This document shows, one piece after another, positions 1 through 9,601 of a DNA stretch of 64,000 nucleotides. The stretch is from an uncultured delta proteobacterium (lineage in GTDB: Bacteria > Myxococcota > Myxococcia > Myxococcales > Anaeromyxobacteraceae): NCBI GenBank assembly GCA_963845515.1, contig CAWJSR010000058.1, forward strand, positions 71,503-135,502, in the 5' to 3' direction. Numbering within the stretch: position 1 is the stretch's first letter; each line of letters starts with the position of its first letter. The translations under genes were made by a program, and so were the position numbers. The notes under the pieces were generated by a model, which ran no database searches, was not told where the DNA came from, and was given only the letters and a program-made list of their open reading frames with translations.

Positions 1-221
1 TCGCGGGCGTGCTCGAGCCGTCCGCGGTTCCGGACCACCTCTCCGCGCTCCGCGAGATGAGGCGGCTGTGGGTCGTCGGGATTCCGATGGTCCTGAGGCG
101 ATCGCTCGCGCGCGAGAGCGGCGCCCCTGGCCGGGGCGCCGCCGCTGGCGCGCTGCTCCTCGCCGGCGTCGCCCTCGCGGTCTCGCTCCGGGCAAGGTGG
201 ATCGAGCGCCGCCAGCGCTGA
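1..221 (+). CDS. 3' end of a gene starting before the window; C-terminal hydrophobic helix with basic tail
   Basis: Open frame from the window edge to TGA 219-221; ends GAAAGALLLAGVALAVSLRARWIERRQR; converges on the next gene. Confidence 0.5.
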   Translation, partial: AGVLEPSAVPDHLSALREMRRLWVVGIPMVLRRSLARESGAPGRGAAAGALLLAGVALAVSLRARWIERRQR

Positions 222-228
222 GGCGCGC

Positions 229-663
229 TCAGATCCTGAACGCCAGCCGCAGCCCCAGCATCGTCGCGTCCCTGAGGACGCCGACCTCGAGGCCGAAGTC
301 GATCGAGCCCGACTCGATGCCGAAGCCGAAGGCGCCGTGGAAGCGGAAGAGGTCCGAGCTGTCGATCATGAACCACGGCCCCAGGAGCCCCTCGAAGTAG
401 ATCCGCTGGAGGTGGAGCTTCAGCCGGAAGTCGAGGGGGACGGCCATCGTGTTGCTGTCCCCGAAGAAGGCGACACCCGCGCGGCCACCGACGGAGATGT
501 TGCGCGCGAGGAAGCTGTCGGCTCCCAGGGTGAGGTTGAGCTCGCCGGTGCCGCCCTCGATCCAGTCGGCGCCGAGGCCGAGGTTCACGGAGGCGTCGGC
601 GGGGCGGGCGAAGCCCAGGACGACGAGCGTGCCCAGCAGTGGCAGGACGTGACGTGCGTTCAT
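229..663 (-). CDS. Small outer-membrane beta-barrel-like protein
   Basis: 144 aa; signal peptide (..ARPADA); alternating hydrophobic strands; C-terminal LRLAFRI; GGAG RBS-like site upstream. Confidence 0.75.
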   Translation of the reverse strand: MNARHVLPLLGTLVVLGFARPADASVNLGLGADWIEGGTGELNLTLGADSFLARNISVGGRAGVAFFGDSNTMAVPLDFRLKLHLQRIYFEGLLGPWFMIDSSDLFRFHGAFGFGIESGSIDFGLEVGVLRDATMLGLRLAFRI

Positions 664-738
664 GTGGAGCTCCTCCGGTGGTTACGCTGGGAGGAAATCA
701 CGCCGCCGCACCCGTGTCACCGTGCGCGGGCGCGCGGC

Positions 739-1548
739 TCAGTGCGCGTGATTCAGGAAGGTGAGCGACCACATCGCCGCGAGCCCCACCATCAGCGCGC
801 CGGAGAGCCGGAACTTGGAGCCCTGCCGCCGGTGCAGGTCGGGGAGGATGTCCGAGAGCGCGAGGTGCAGGAACGTTCCTGCGCTGCCGGCGAGCGCGTA
901 CGCCGTGAAGGTCTCGGCCTGCACCAGGTTGCGCAGCAGGAGGTAGATCCCCGCGCCCACCGGGACCATCAGCGCGAACAGCACGTTCATCGTCATCGCG
1001 CGCCGCCGACCGTACCCCTCGGCGCGGAGGATCGCCGAGAGGGAGAACGCGGACGGGATCTTGTGGGCGACGATCGCGACGAAGACCAGCAGGCCGATGT
1101 TGGGCGTGGAGTTGGCCGCGCCGAGGACGAAGCCGTCCACCATGGTGTGGAGCGACATCCCGATCCAGGCGGCCAGCCCCAGGGTGTGGACCTCGCAGCC
1201 GGTCCCCTTGCCGTGGCCGTGGTCGTGGTGGTCGCCGGCCTCGTCGACGCAGCGCTGCGCGAGCTGGGCGTTGATGGCGGGCTCGGCGCAGACGTGGATG
1301 AGGACGAAGCGCTCGAGCAGGTAGAGGAGGAGGAAGCCGCCCAACACCACCGGCACCACCCGCGCGCCACCCTCCTCCACCGCCTCCGGCAGCATGTGGA
1401 AGAAGGCGGCGCCGAGCATGACGCCGGCGGAGAAGGAGAGGAGCAGGTCCGAGCGGCGCTGCGTCCCGAGCAGGGGCAGCAGGCCGCCGCCGACGGCGCC
1501 GACGAGGATGGCCCCGGAGAACAGGGCGAGCGACTGGAGCTCGGTCAT
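739..1548 (-). CDS. ZIP family metal (Zn/Fe) transporter
   Basis: Starts MTELQSLALF; motifs FSAGVMLGAAFFHMLPEA, His-rich loop HHDHGHG, SLHTMVDG, AHKIP, GTFLHLALSDILP; ATGA overlap with dusB stop. Confidence 0.93.
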   Translation of the reverse strand: MTELQSLALFSGAILVGAVGGGLLPLLGTQRRSDLLLSFSAGVMLGAAFFHMLPEAVEEGGARVVPVVLGGFLLLYLLERFVLIHVCAEPAINAQLAQRCVDEAGDHHDHGHGKGTGCEVHTLGLAAWIGMSLHTMVDGFVLGAANSTPNIGLLVFVAIVAHKIPSAFSLSAILRAEGYGRRRAMTMNVLFALMVPVGAGIYLLLRNLVQAETFTAYALAGSAGTFLHLALSDILPDLHRRQGSKFRLSGALMVGLAAMWSLTFLNHAH

Positions 1549-2570
1549 GGTGTCCCTTCCAACTCGAACCCCTCCGCGCCCACAGGGAAGTGAAGGTCGA
1601 TGAGCCGCGCCACGTCGGCCGCGGTCTCGAGCCGGTCGGCGTCGCGGCGGAAGTGGGCGCCGCCGCGCCTGCCGCGCGTATACCAGAGCACGTGCTTTCG
1701 CAGCTCGCGAACCGCGTGGCGCTCCACCTCGAGGTCGACCTCGTCGGGCCGCTGCCGGCGCCGGTGCCCGATCTGATGGTGGACGTGGAGCAGGACCACC
1801 TCGGCCCACTCGTCGCGCGACGGCGGCGGCGGGATGGGCAGCCCCAGCTCGTGCGCCCGCAGCTCGCGGAAGATCCACGGGTTCCCCATCGCGCCGCGGG
1901 CCACGAGCACCGCGTCGCAGCCGGTCTCGGCTCGCATCCGCAGCGCGTCGGCGGCGGTCCAGACGTCGCCCGAGCCGAGGACCGGGATCGAGACGGCCCG
2001 CTTGACGTCGCCGATCAGCTCCCAGCGCGCGTGCCCCGAGTAGCCCTGAGCGCGCGTCCGGCCATGGAGGGCGACCGCCGCGGCGCCCGCCTGCTCCGCG
2101 GCGCGCGCGACGTCTACCGCGTTGACGCTCACGTCGTCCCAGCCGGTCCTGATCTTGACGGTGACGGGCACGGGGACGGCAGCCACCACCGCGCGAACCG
2201 CCGCCTCGACGAGCCGTGGATCGCGTCCCATCGAAGCGCCGGCCCCGGAGCCGCACACCTTTCGGACCGGGCAGGCCATGTTGATGTCGATGATGCCCGC
2301 CCCCTGCTGCATCGCGACCTCGGCGCCGCGCGCGAGGATCCCGGGGTCGCCCGCGAAGATCTGGACCGCGAACGGGCTCTCCTCGGGATCGCGGTCGAGG
2401 TAGCTCGCCGTCTGCTCCGTCCCGTAGACGAGCCCGTGGGCGGAGACCATCTCCGTGTACGCGAAGCTCGCCCCCATCGCGCGGCAGATGGCGCGGAAAG
2501 GGCGGTCCGACACGCCGGCGAGTGGCGCGAGGAAGAAGCGTCCGGGGAAGCGGTGAGGTCCGATCTGCAT
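1545..2570 (-). CDS. dusB: tRNA-dihydrouridine synthase B
   Basis: LAPLAGVSD, YTEMVS, IDINMACPVRKV, VTVKIRTGWD, LHGRTRAQGY, ARGAMGNPWIF. Confidence 0.93.
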   Translation of the reverse strand: MQIGPHRFPGRFFLAPLAGVSDRPFRAICRAMGASFAYTEMVSAHGLVYGTEQTASYLDRDPEESPFAVQIFAGDPGILARGAEVAMQQGAGIIDINMACPVRKVCGSGAGASMGRDPRLVEAAVRAVVAAVPVPVTVKIRTGWDDVSVNAVDVARAAEQAGAAAVALHGRTRAQGYSGHARWELIGDVKRAVSIPVLGSGDVWTAADALRMRAETGCDAVLVARGAMGNPWIFRELRAHELGLPIPPPPSRDEWAEVVLLHVHHQIGHRRRQRPDEVDLEVERHAVRELRKHVLWYTRGRRGGAHFRRDADRLETAADVARLIDLHFPVGAEGFELEGTP

Positions 2571-2720
2571 TGAAAGCCGACGGCGCACGGTGTAGCACGG
2601 CCTCGGTCGCCGGGCGAAGCTGCCGCCCCTCCTCCCTCCAAGGTGGTGGTCGCCCCTCAGGAAAGGGATAGCCAGCGATTTCACTTCGGCGCCCGGCGCC
2701 GCTATCTTGGCACGAACCCG

Positions 2721-4367
2721 ATGACCCGACCCACGCTCGCCGCAGCCATCCTCGCCTCGCTCCTGCCGATCGCCTCCGGCGCCAGCACCGGGCTCGACTC
2801 GCCTGGCCTCGCCGACCTCCCTGCGGCCAGCTTCGCGCCGATGGAGGCACCAGCCCTCGACGCCACGCTCTCCTCCCTCTGCGATCTGCTCGAGGAGAAG
2901 GACGCGACGACGCCTGCCGCGCAGGCGGCGACCGCCGAGAGCGAAGACGATCCCGAGGTGAAGGAGGAGGTCGACGCCGAGAGCGCCGAGCTCGAGGACG
3001 CGAAGGAGGCGGCCGAGGCCGCGGGCGTCGGCGAGTTACCCCCCGCCGCCGTGGTGCAGGGCGCGGCGAGCGGGCACGCCGACGACGAGCGGATCCCGCT
3101 CCTGCCGGAGCTCGATCACGGGCTGGCGAAGCTGCAGGCCGAGTTCGACATCCCGATCGACGTGAACGACGCGGTCGTCCAGTGGGTCCGCTTCTTCCAG
3201 CACCCGCGGATGCGCCAGCACTTCGTGAAGTGGCTCTCCCGCTACTACCGCTACGAGGGGCGCTACCGCGAGATCCTGAAGGCGGAGGGGGTCCCCGAGG
3301 ACATCGTCTTCCTCGCGATGATCGAGAGCGGCTTCGCCAACTTCGCGTACAGCCGCGCGCGCGCCTCCGGCCCGTGGCAGTTCATCGGCCCGACCGGGAA
3401 GATGTTCGGCCTCCAGCAGGACTTCTGGGTCGACGAGCGGCGCGATCCCGACAAGGCTGCCCACGCGGCGGCCCGATACCTGAAGTTGCTGCGCGAGCAG
3501 ACCGGCGACTGGCGGCTCGCGTGGGCGGGCTACAACGCCGGCGTGGGGCGCATCTACCGCGCCCAGCGGAAGGGCGTGAACGACTTCTGGGAGATGACGA
3601 AGGGCAAGCACCTCCGAAAGGAGACGAGGGGCTACGTGCCGAAGCTCATGGCCGCCGCCATCGTCACGAAGCACCGCGACGTCTTCGGCTTCGGCGACGA
3701 GGTCGAGAAGCTCTCCTGGATCGAAACGGACGAGGTGCAGCTCAACGGCTCGGTGCTCCTCGACGTGGTGGCCAGCGCGGCCGACGTGGCGAAGCGCGAC
3801 CTCATGGAGCTGAACCCCGAGCTGCGCCGCGCCGTGACGCCGCCGCGCCCCTTCACGCTGAAGCTGCCGAAGGGCTCGGCCGAGACCTTCGCGCAGAACT
3901 GGCCCGCGCTGGAGGGGAAGGCGCGCGCCAACTTCGCGGGCCACGTGGTCCGGCGCGGTGACACGGTCGGCTCAATCGCGCTCAAGTTCGGGACGCAGGT
4001 CGAGGGGATCATGCAGCTGAACGGGCTCGCGTCTGCCCGGCGGCTGCGCATCGGGCAGGAGCTGCTCATCCCGGTGCAGCGCGGCGGCGGGCGCGGCGAG
4101 GCGCGGGTCGCCGGGAAGGTCGGCCCGGTCCGGCCCGCTGCGAAGCTCGCCGGGACGCCGATCATGGAGCCGGCCGGCTACCGGCCCCCGCCCGCGCCGA
4201 TCAGCGGCGTCCGCCACGTCGTCCAGGACGGCGACACGCTCTGGTCCATCTCGCAACGGCTCGGCGTCGACCTCGACACGCTCTGCCGCTGGAACGGCAT
4301 CCGCAACCCGCGCCGCTTCACGCTTCGTATCGGAACCGAGCTGGTCGTGAAGTCGCAGGGCGGGTAG
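2721..4367 (+). CDS. mltD: MltD-like lytic transglycosylase with two LysM domains
   Basis: Signal peptide; SLT motifs AMIESG, ASGPWQF, VDERRDP, AGYNAG, ETRGYVPK; LysM repeats HVVRRGDTV and HVVQDGDTL. Confidence 0.9.
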   Translation: MTRPTLAAAILASLLPIASGASTGLDSPGLADLPAASFAPMEAPALDATLSSLCDLLEEKDATTPAAQAATAESEDDPEVKEEVDAESAELEDAKEAAEAAGVGELPPAAVVQGAASGHADDERIPLLPELDHGLAKLQAEFDIPIDVNDAVVQWVRFFQHPRMRQHFVKWLSRYYRYEGRYREILKAEGVPEDIVFLAMIESGFANFAYSRARASGPWQFIGPTGKMFGLQQDFWVDERRDPDKAAHAAARYLKLLREQTGDWRLAWAGYNAGVGRIYRAQRKGVNDFWEMTKGKHLRKETRGYVPKLMAAAIVTKHRDVFGFGDEVEKLSWIETDEVQLNGSVLLDVVASAADVAKRDLMELNPELRRAVTPPRPFTLKLPKGSAETFAQNWPALEGKARANFAGHVVRRGDTVGSIALKFGTQVEGIMQLNGLASARRLRIGQELLIPVQRGGGRGEARVAGKVGPVRPAAKLAGTPIMEPAGYRPPPAPISGVRHVVQDGDTLWSISQRLGVDLDTLCRWNGIRNPRRFTLRIGTELVVKSQGG

Positions 4368-4452
4368 GGAAATGGATGCCGGTGGCGCGCTGAAGGCGTA
4401 TCAGGATTCGCCCCGGGGACCGCGCCGCGTCGGCGGTCGCATGGGGGAATCG

Positions 4453-5045
4453 ATGGCCAACGGGCATCGGGTCAAGGGGACGCTCCTCGTCTCGCGAGGA
4501 TGAAGTACCTGCGCGTGCAGGGCGCAGCGTGTGTCGTGCGCTCGGTGCTCTCGACCGGCTGCCGGCGCGCCGACCGGGAGCTGCTCGACGGGCTTGATGC
4601 TCCTGCCGTCGCTCTGGTACCCGGCGGAGCGTGCATGGACCGGCTCGACAACGCGATCGCCACGTCGCTCGCCAACGGGCAGCGCGGTCGGCGATCCTGC
4701 TCGACGTCGGCCAGTTCTCCGCCGACCTCAACCTGGGGCCGTCGGGCGTGCTGCTGACGCGTGGGTCCGCGAGAACGATCCCCACGGCGCTGCTCCGCGA
4801 GGTGCCGCGCATCCACGCGTCGCTCAGCACGGCGCGGGCCGCAGCGCGGTCTACCAGCGGGTCGGCGCGCGCTCCGCCGTCGTTCGCTCCGTCCGGAAGC
4901 GACGGCGCGCGAAGGGCAACGACTGCCTCACCACGGTCGGGCTGGCTCAGGCAGCGCGATCGAGCTGTGCGGGCGGCCGCGACGTCGCAGGTGATGGAGG
5001 CGCTCCTGCCTCGCCACGCGGCGCCAGCTGCTGCGAGTACTGCCG
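4453..5045 (+). pseudogene. Multiply frameshifted, 3'-truncated myxobacterial small protein (TIGR02265/V4R-like)
   Basis: Fragments across frames: MANGHRVKGTLLVSR, MKYLR, LMLLPSLWYPA, LDVGQFSADLNLG, DCLTTVG, AIELCGGRDV, GASCCEY; family call from motif recall. Confidence 0.5.
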
Positions 5046-7439
5046 TCGTTCACCGTGAAGGTGAAGCTGTCCGCTCCGTTGGAGTTGGCGGATGGCGTGT
5101 AGGTCACGTTCGGCGCGGTGCCGCTGAGCGTGCCATTCGCGGGTTGCGAAACGACCGTATAGGTCAACGCGCTGTTCTCCACGTCGGTGCCGGCGAGCGT
5201 GATCGGCAGGGCGGTGTCTTCGGCGGTGGTGACGCTTTGTGCGACTGCCACCGGAGTATCGTTGGCGGCTGTGACGGTGATCGAGACCGTCGCAAGCGCG
5301 GAGTCCACCGTGCCGTCGTTCACCGCGTATCGAGGCCATCGTAGACCACCAGGAAGCTTCCCGGACCGGACGAGGCGACCGCCACGTTCTGTTCATCAGG
5401 CGGCGCGCCGCTGACGAGAAGGCCGCCTGCATCGCGCCCTGCGCCGAGGCCGGTCACCCGCGCGCCGTAGACGTCGTGGGGCGTCCCTCCGCGGTTGTCC
5501 TGCCAGACCACGAGGCAGTTGGTCCCGTCCCACGCCACGTCGGGACGGGCCTGGTTCTTCGTGGCGGTGGAGATCGCGATTCCCTCAGCGTCGAGGATTG
5601 CTCCGTCCATCCCGCTCACCCGGGCGCCGTAGATGTCGTCTGACGTGCCGCTCCGCCCGTCCTGCCACACCACCAGGTAGTCGACGCCGGCCCAGGCGAC
5701 CGCCGGGGAGGCCTGGCCTCTCGTGGCCGTCGAGACTGCGATGCCGGCCTGGTCGAGGACCGTCGCAACGGTGATCCCGTCGACCCGCGCGGCGTAGATG
5801 TCGTCGTAGGCGCCGTTCCGATAGTCCTGCCAGACCACCAGGTAGATTCGAGGCCATCGTGATGGCGAACCCCGAGCCATCCAGCACGCTGGCGTCCGTT
5901 CCCCTCACCCGCGTGCCGTTGACGTCCCAGGAGACCCCGCTCCGGTAATCCTCCCAGACCACCAGGTAGGTGCCCCGGCCCAGGCCAGCGCCGGCCAGCC
6001 CTGGTCGCTGGACGCCGCCGAGATCGCGAACCCGGTCGCGTCGAGGGTCGCACCGTCCGCGCCCGAGACGCGCGCTCCGAAGACATCGAAGTCCGTTCCG
6101 TTTCGGGAGTCCTTCCAGACCACGAGGTAGTTCGTCCCGTCCCACGCCACCGCGGGGGACAGCTGATGACCGGTCCCCGTCGAGATGGCGAAGTCGCCCT
6201 TGTCCGGGACGAACGCGCCCGCGCTCGTCAACAGCGCGCCGCGCACGTCCCACTCGACGCTGCCGCGGCGGTCCTGCCACGCCACCAGGTAGTTCGCCCC
6301 ATCCCACGCCACCGCGGGGTACTCCTGGGCGTTCACCGCCGCCGAGATCACGATCCCGGCCGCGTCAAGGAGCGTGCCGTCCGTCCCCCCTATCCGCGCA
6401 CCGTAGATGTCGTAGCTCCCCCCGCTCCGGTAGTCCTGCCAGGCACCCACCAGGTAGTTCGTGCCGTCCCAGGCGACCGCGGGGTTGTACTGGTCTCGTC
6501 CCGCGGTCGAGATGGCGATGCCGTTCGCGTCCAGGACCGCACCATGCGTCCCGCTCACCCTCGCGCCGTAGATGTCGTAGGTCGTGCCCCGGTTGTCCAG
6601 TCCAACGACCAGGTAGCTCGCCCCGTTCCACGCCACCGCAGGGGTAGTACTGCTGATTGGCCGCCCGCGAGATGGCGATCCCCACGGGGTCCAGCACCAG
6701 GTGTCCCATCAGAACCCCGAACCCGCGCGCCGTAGAGGTCGTAGGACGCGCAGCACGCCCGTCCTGCCAGAGCGCCCAGGTAGTTCGTCCCGTCCCACGC
6801 CACCGCGGGGGACTCCTGGGAGCCCACGGCCGTCGAGATCGCGATCCCGCCGACCTCCAGGACCGTTCCATCCGCAGCATTCACCCGCGCCAGCGCTCCC
6901 CCGCGCTCCACCCGCGATGGCGCGAACCTCACGCCGCTCCCCACCACCTCTTCCCGTCTGCGTGACATCCGCGCGTCCAGCTCGGCGGGATCCGTCGGCA
7001 TCGACCCGAGCGGCGCCTCCGCTCCGGCGGGACGTGCGTCCGGGTGATTGATTGGGGTCACCTCCAGCTCGCCGCCGTCGTGCAGCACGGTCTCGTACGT
7101 CGTGTGGCCGCCGCGCCACTCCCCGTCCCGCTGCCGGAAGGCGAAGTGGACCTGCCCGATGATCGCACCGAGGTCGATCGTCGCCGCGGGCCCCTGCCCG
7201 GCCAGGGATCCGCCAGGGCCGGGGCTCGCCGGTCCACCGGGCACGTACCCGCCACCAGCACGCCCGGATGCTCCGGCCACGCCGCGCGACGCTCCCGCGA
7301 CGTTCGAACTCGCGAACGACGCCCGATCCTTCGCGCCGCTCCCGAAGAGCACGACCGCAAGCACCAGGAGCGCCGCGCCGACCGCGAGGACCCCACGGCC
7401 CTTCGTCTCCCCGACGGGCGAGCTCGTCGCACTCCTCAC
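5041..7439 (-). pseudogene. Degraded large secreted repeat protein: about 10 beta-propeller-like repeats plus Ig/cadherin-like (tandem-95/Big_9) repeat
   Basis: N-terminal TM (GVLAVGAALLVLAVVLF); repeats PAVAWDGTNYLVVWQDxR..DIYGARV split over several frames; Ig repeat NDTPVAVAQSVTTAEDT...DSFTFTVNDG; internal deletions. Confidence 0.75.
5335..6880 (-). repeat. Coding tandem repeat array, about 10 units of about 55 aa (~165 bp)
   Basis: Recurrent ccacgccaccgc / accaggtag / ccgtagatgtcgt motifs on the + strand; consensus DGxxLDxxGIAISTAxxxQxxPAVAWDGxNYLVVWQDxRxxxxDIYGARV. Confidence 0.85.
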
Positions 7440-7661
7440 GCACGGCTCATCGTGTTCGAACACGTGTCTCCCCCTTGGCACGCGAGATTGCCGGAGCCGA
7501 ACAGGCAAGCGAGCGTCCGCTGGATGCGGTCCGGTCGCGGACTCTTCCAGACGGGGAGTGACACCGCAAGCGCGCAGATGCCACAGCTCATGGGCGAGCC
7601 GCCCCTCCCGCCCCCGCCCTTCCCGGTCTACATTCCGGGGTTCACGCGGGAGGCGGACGGG

Positions 7662-8651
7662 ATGAACAGCGAGATCGGGGCGATCGCGGAGGAGGTGAAC
7701 GCCCAGTCGGCCTTCGTCGACCGGCTCGTCGACGAGACGGGCAGGGTGATCGTCGGCCAGCGCTACATGGTCGAGCGGGTCCTCATCGGGCTCCTCGGCA
7801 GCGGCCACGTGCTGCTCGAGGGGGTGCCCGGGCTCGCGAAGACGCTGGCCGTCCGGACGATCGCCGACGCCATCGAGGCGAGCTACAGCCGGATCCAGTT
7901 CACCCCGGACCTGCTCCCGGCCGACGTGGTCGGCACGCAGATCTACGATCCGAAGAGCCAGTCCTTCTTCCCGAAGCAGGGGCCGGTCTTCGCCAACATC
8001 GTGCTCGCGGACGAGATGAACCGTGCGCCCGCGAAGGTCCAGTCGGCGCTCCTCGAGGCGATGCAGGAGCGGCAGGTGACGCTCGGCGACAAGACCTTCG
8101 CGCTGCCCGACCCGTTCATCGTCCTCGCGACGCAGAACCCGATCGAGCAGGAGGGGACCTACCCGCTCCCCGAGGCGCAGATCGACCGCTTCATGCTCAA
8201 GGTGAAGGTGGGCTACCCGACCCGCGAGGAGGAGCGGCTCATCATGGACCGGATGGCGGTGGCCGCGCCGCCACGCGCGAGGAAGGTGGTCTCGACGGCG
8301 GACCTCGCCGCGGCGCGCGCGGTCGTCCACAGGATCTACGTCGACGACAAGGTGAAGGACTACGTCGTGGCCCTCGTCTTCGCGACGCGCGATCCGCGCG
8401 CAGCCGGGCTCGCCGACCTCGCGCCCCTCGTGGAGTGGGGCGCGTCGCCGCGCGCCACCCTCTACCTCTCCCTCGCGGCGCGCGCCCACGCCTTCCTGCG
8501 CCACCGGGCCTTCGTGACGCCCGAGGACGTGAAGGCGATCGCGCACGACGTGCTGCGCCACCGGATCACGCTCACCTACGAGGCGGAGGCCGAGGAGATC
8601 ACGCCCGAGAAGGTGATCTCGCGGGTGCTGGACAGGGTCGAGGTGCCGTGA
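7662..8651 (+). CDS. moxR: MoxR family AAA+ ATPase
   Basis: LLEGVPGLAKT, RIQFTPDLLPAD, LADEMNRAPAKVQSALLE, ATQNPIEQEGTYPLPEAQIDRF, GASPRA. Confidence 0.96.
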   Translation: MNSEIGAIAEEVNAQSAFVDRLVDETGRVIVGQRYMVERVLIGLLGSGHVLLEGVPGLAKTLAVRTIADAIEASYSRIQFTPDLLPADVVGTQIYDPKSQSFFPKQGPVFANIVLADEMNRAPAKVQSALLEAMQERQVTLGDKTFALPDPFIVLATQNPIEQEGTYPLPEAQIDRFMLKVKVGYPTREEERLIMDRMAVAAPPRARKVVSTADLAAARAVVHRIYVDDKVKDYVVALVFATRDPRAAGLADLAPLVEWGASPRATLYLSLAARAHAFLRHRAFVTPEDVKAIAHDVLRHRITLTYEAEAEEITPEKVISRVLDRVEVP

Positions 8652-9601
8652 CATCCCCCTCACCCCTGCCCTCTCCCCCAACGGCCTGGGGGAGAGGGTT
8701 TGCCCAGCGGATCCGCCGCATCGAGATCGCCACGAAGCGGGCGGTCCAGGACCGGCTGCAGGGGCAGTACCACTCCGTCTTCAAGGGGCGGGGGATGTCC
8801 TTCAGCGACGTCCGCGCCTACACGCCGGGCGACGAGGTGCGCGCCATCGACTGGAACGTCACCGCCCGGACCGGCCACCTCCACGTGAAGCGGTTCGTGG
8901 AGGAGCGCGAGCTCACGGTGATGGTCCTCGCGGACCTCTCCGGCTCCACGGACTTCGGCTCGCGCGACCGGACCAAGGCGGAGGTGGCCGCCGAGATCGC
9001 CGCTCTCCTCGCCTTCAGCGCCGTCGCCAACGGCGACCGCGTCGGGCTGCTCCTCTTCACCGACCGGGTCGAGCGGTTCGTCCCGCCGCGCAAGGGGCGG
9101 CGCCACGCCCTGAGGCTCGTCTCGGAGATCCTGCGCTTCCGCCCCGAGGGGCGCGGCACGTCCATCGCGGCGCCGCTCGAGTTCCTCAGGCGCGCGCTCA
9201 AGCGGAGCGCGGTCGCGTTCCTGCTCTCCGACTTCCAGGAGGGCGGGGCGGCTGCTCCGCCGGGCGACGGGCGACCGCTCGGCTTCGAGCGTGCCCTCAG
9301 GGTCGCAGCGAGCAAGCACGATCTGGTCCCCATTCGGCTCGGCGACCGGCTGGAGTCCGCGCTGCCGCCGTACGGCCTCGCCTGGATCGAGGACCCCGAG
9401 ACCGGCGAGACGATCCGGATCGACCTCTCTGACGGAGGCGGGCGGCGGCGCTACGAGGCTGCGCTGCGCGCCGGGGACGATCGGCTGCGGAGGCTCTTCG
9501 CCAGGCTCGACCTCGACGCAGCGCAGGTGAGCGCCGACGACGCCGACTACGTCACCCCGCTCGCCGCCTTCTTCAAGGCGCGCGCGAGGAGGCGCTCGTG
9601 A
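8648..9601 (+). CDS. DUF58 domain protein
   Basis: YHSVFKGRGMSFSDVRAYTPGDEVRAIDWNVTAR, FVEERE, DLSGS; GTGA overlap with moxR. Confidence 0.92.
   Translation: MTSPSPLPSPPTAWGRGFAQRIRRIEIATKRAVQDRLQGQYHSVFKGRGMSFSDVRAYTPGDEVRAIDWNVTARTGHLHVKRFVEERELTVMVLADLSGSTDFGSRDRTKAEVAAEIAALLAFSAVANGDRVGLLLFTDRVERFVPPRKGRRHALRLVSEILRFRPEGRGTSIAAPLEFLRRALKRSAVAFLLSDFQEGGAAAPPGDGRPLGFERALRVAASKHDLVPIRLGDRLESALPPYGLAWIEDPETGETIRIDLSDGGGRRRYEAALRAGDDRLRRLFARLDLDAAQVSADDADYVTPLAAFFKARARRRS
8655..8698 (+). repeat. REP-like palindrome CCCCTCACCC..CCCTCTCCCCCA-N6-TGGGGGAGAGGG
   Basis: Perfect 12-bp stem 8669-8680/8687-8698 with 6-nt loop, preceded by CCCCTCACCC. Confidence 0.75.

Noticed and set aside
5335..6880. 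Regularly spaced repeats as a possible CRISPR array or DGR
   Set aside because: They are degenerate protein-coding repeats; there is no cas or reverse transcriptase gene in the window.
7476..7491. Sigma-54-like TGGCACG-N5-TTGC upstream of moxR
   Set aside because: GG-to-GC spacing is 11 nt instead of the required 10, unless there is an indel error.
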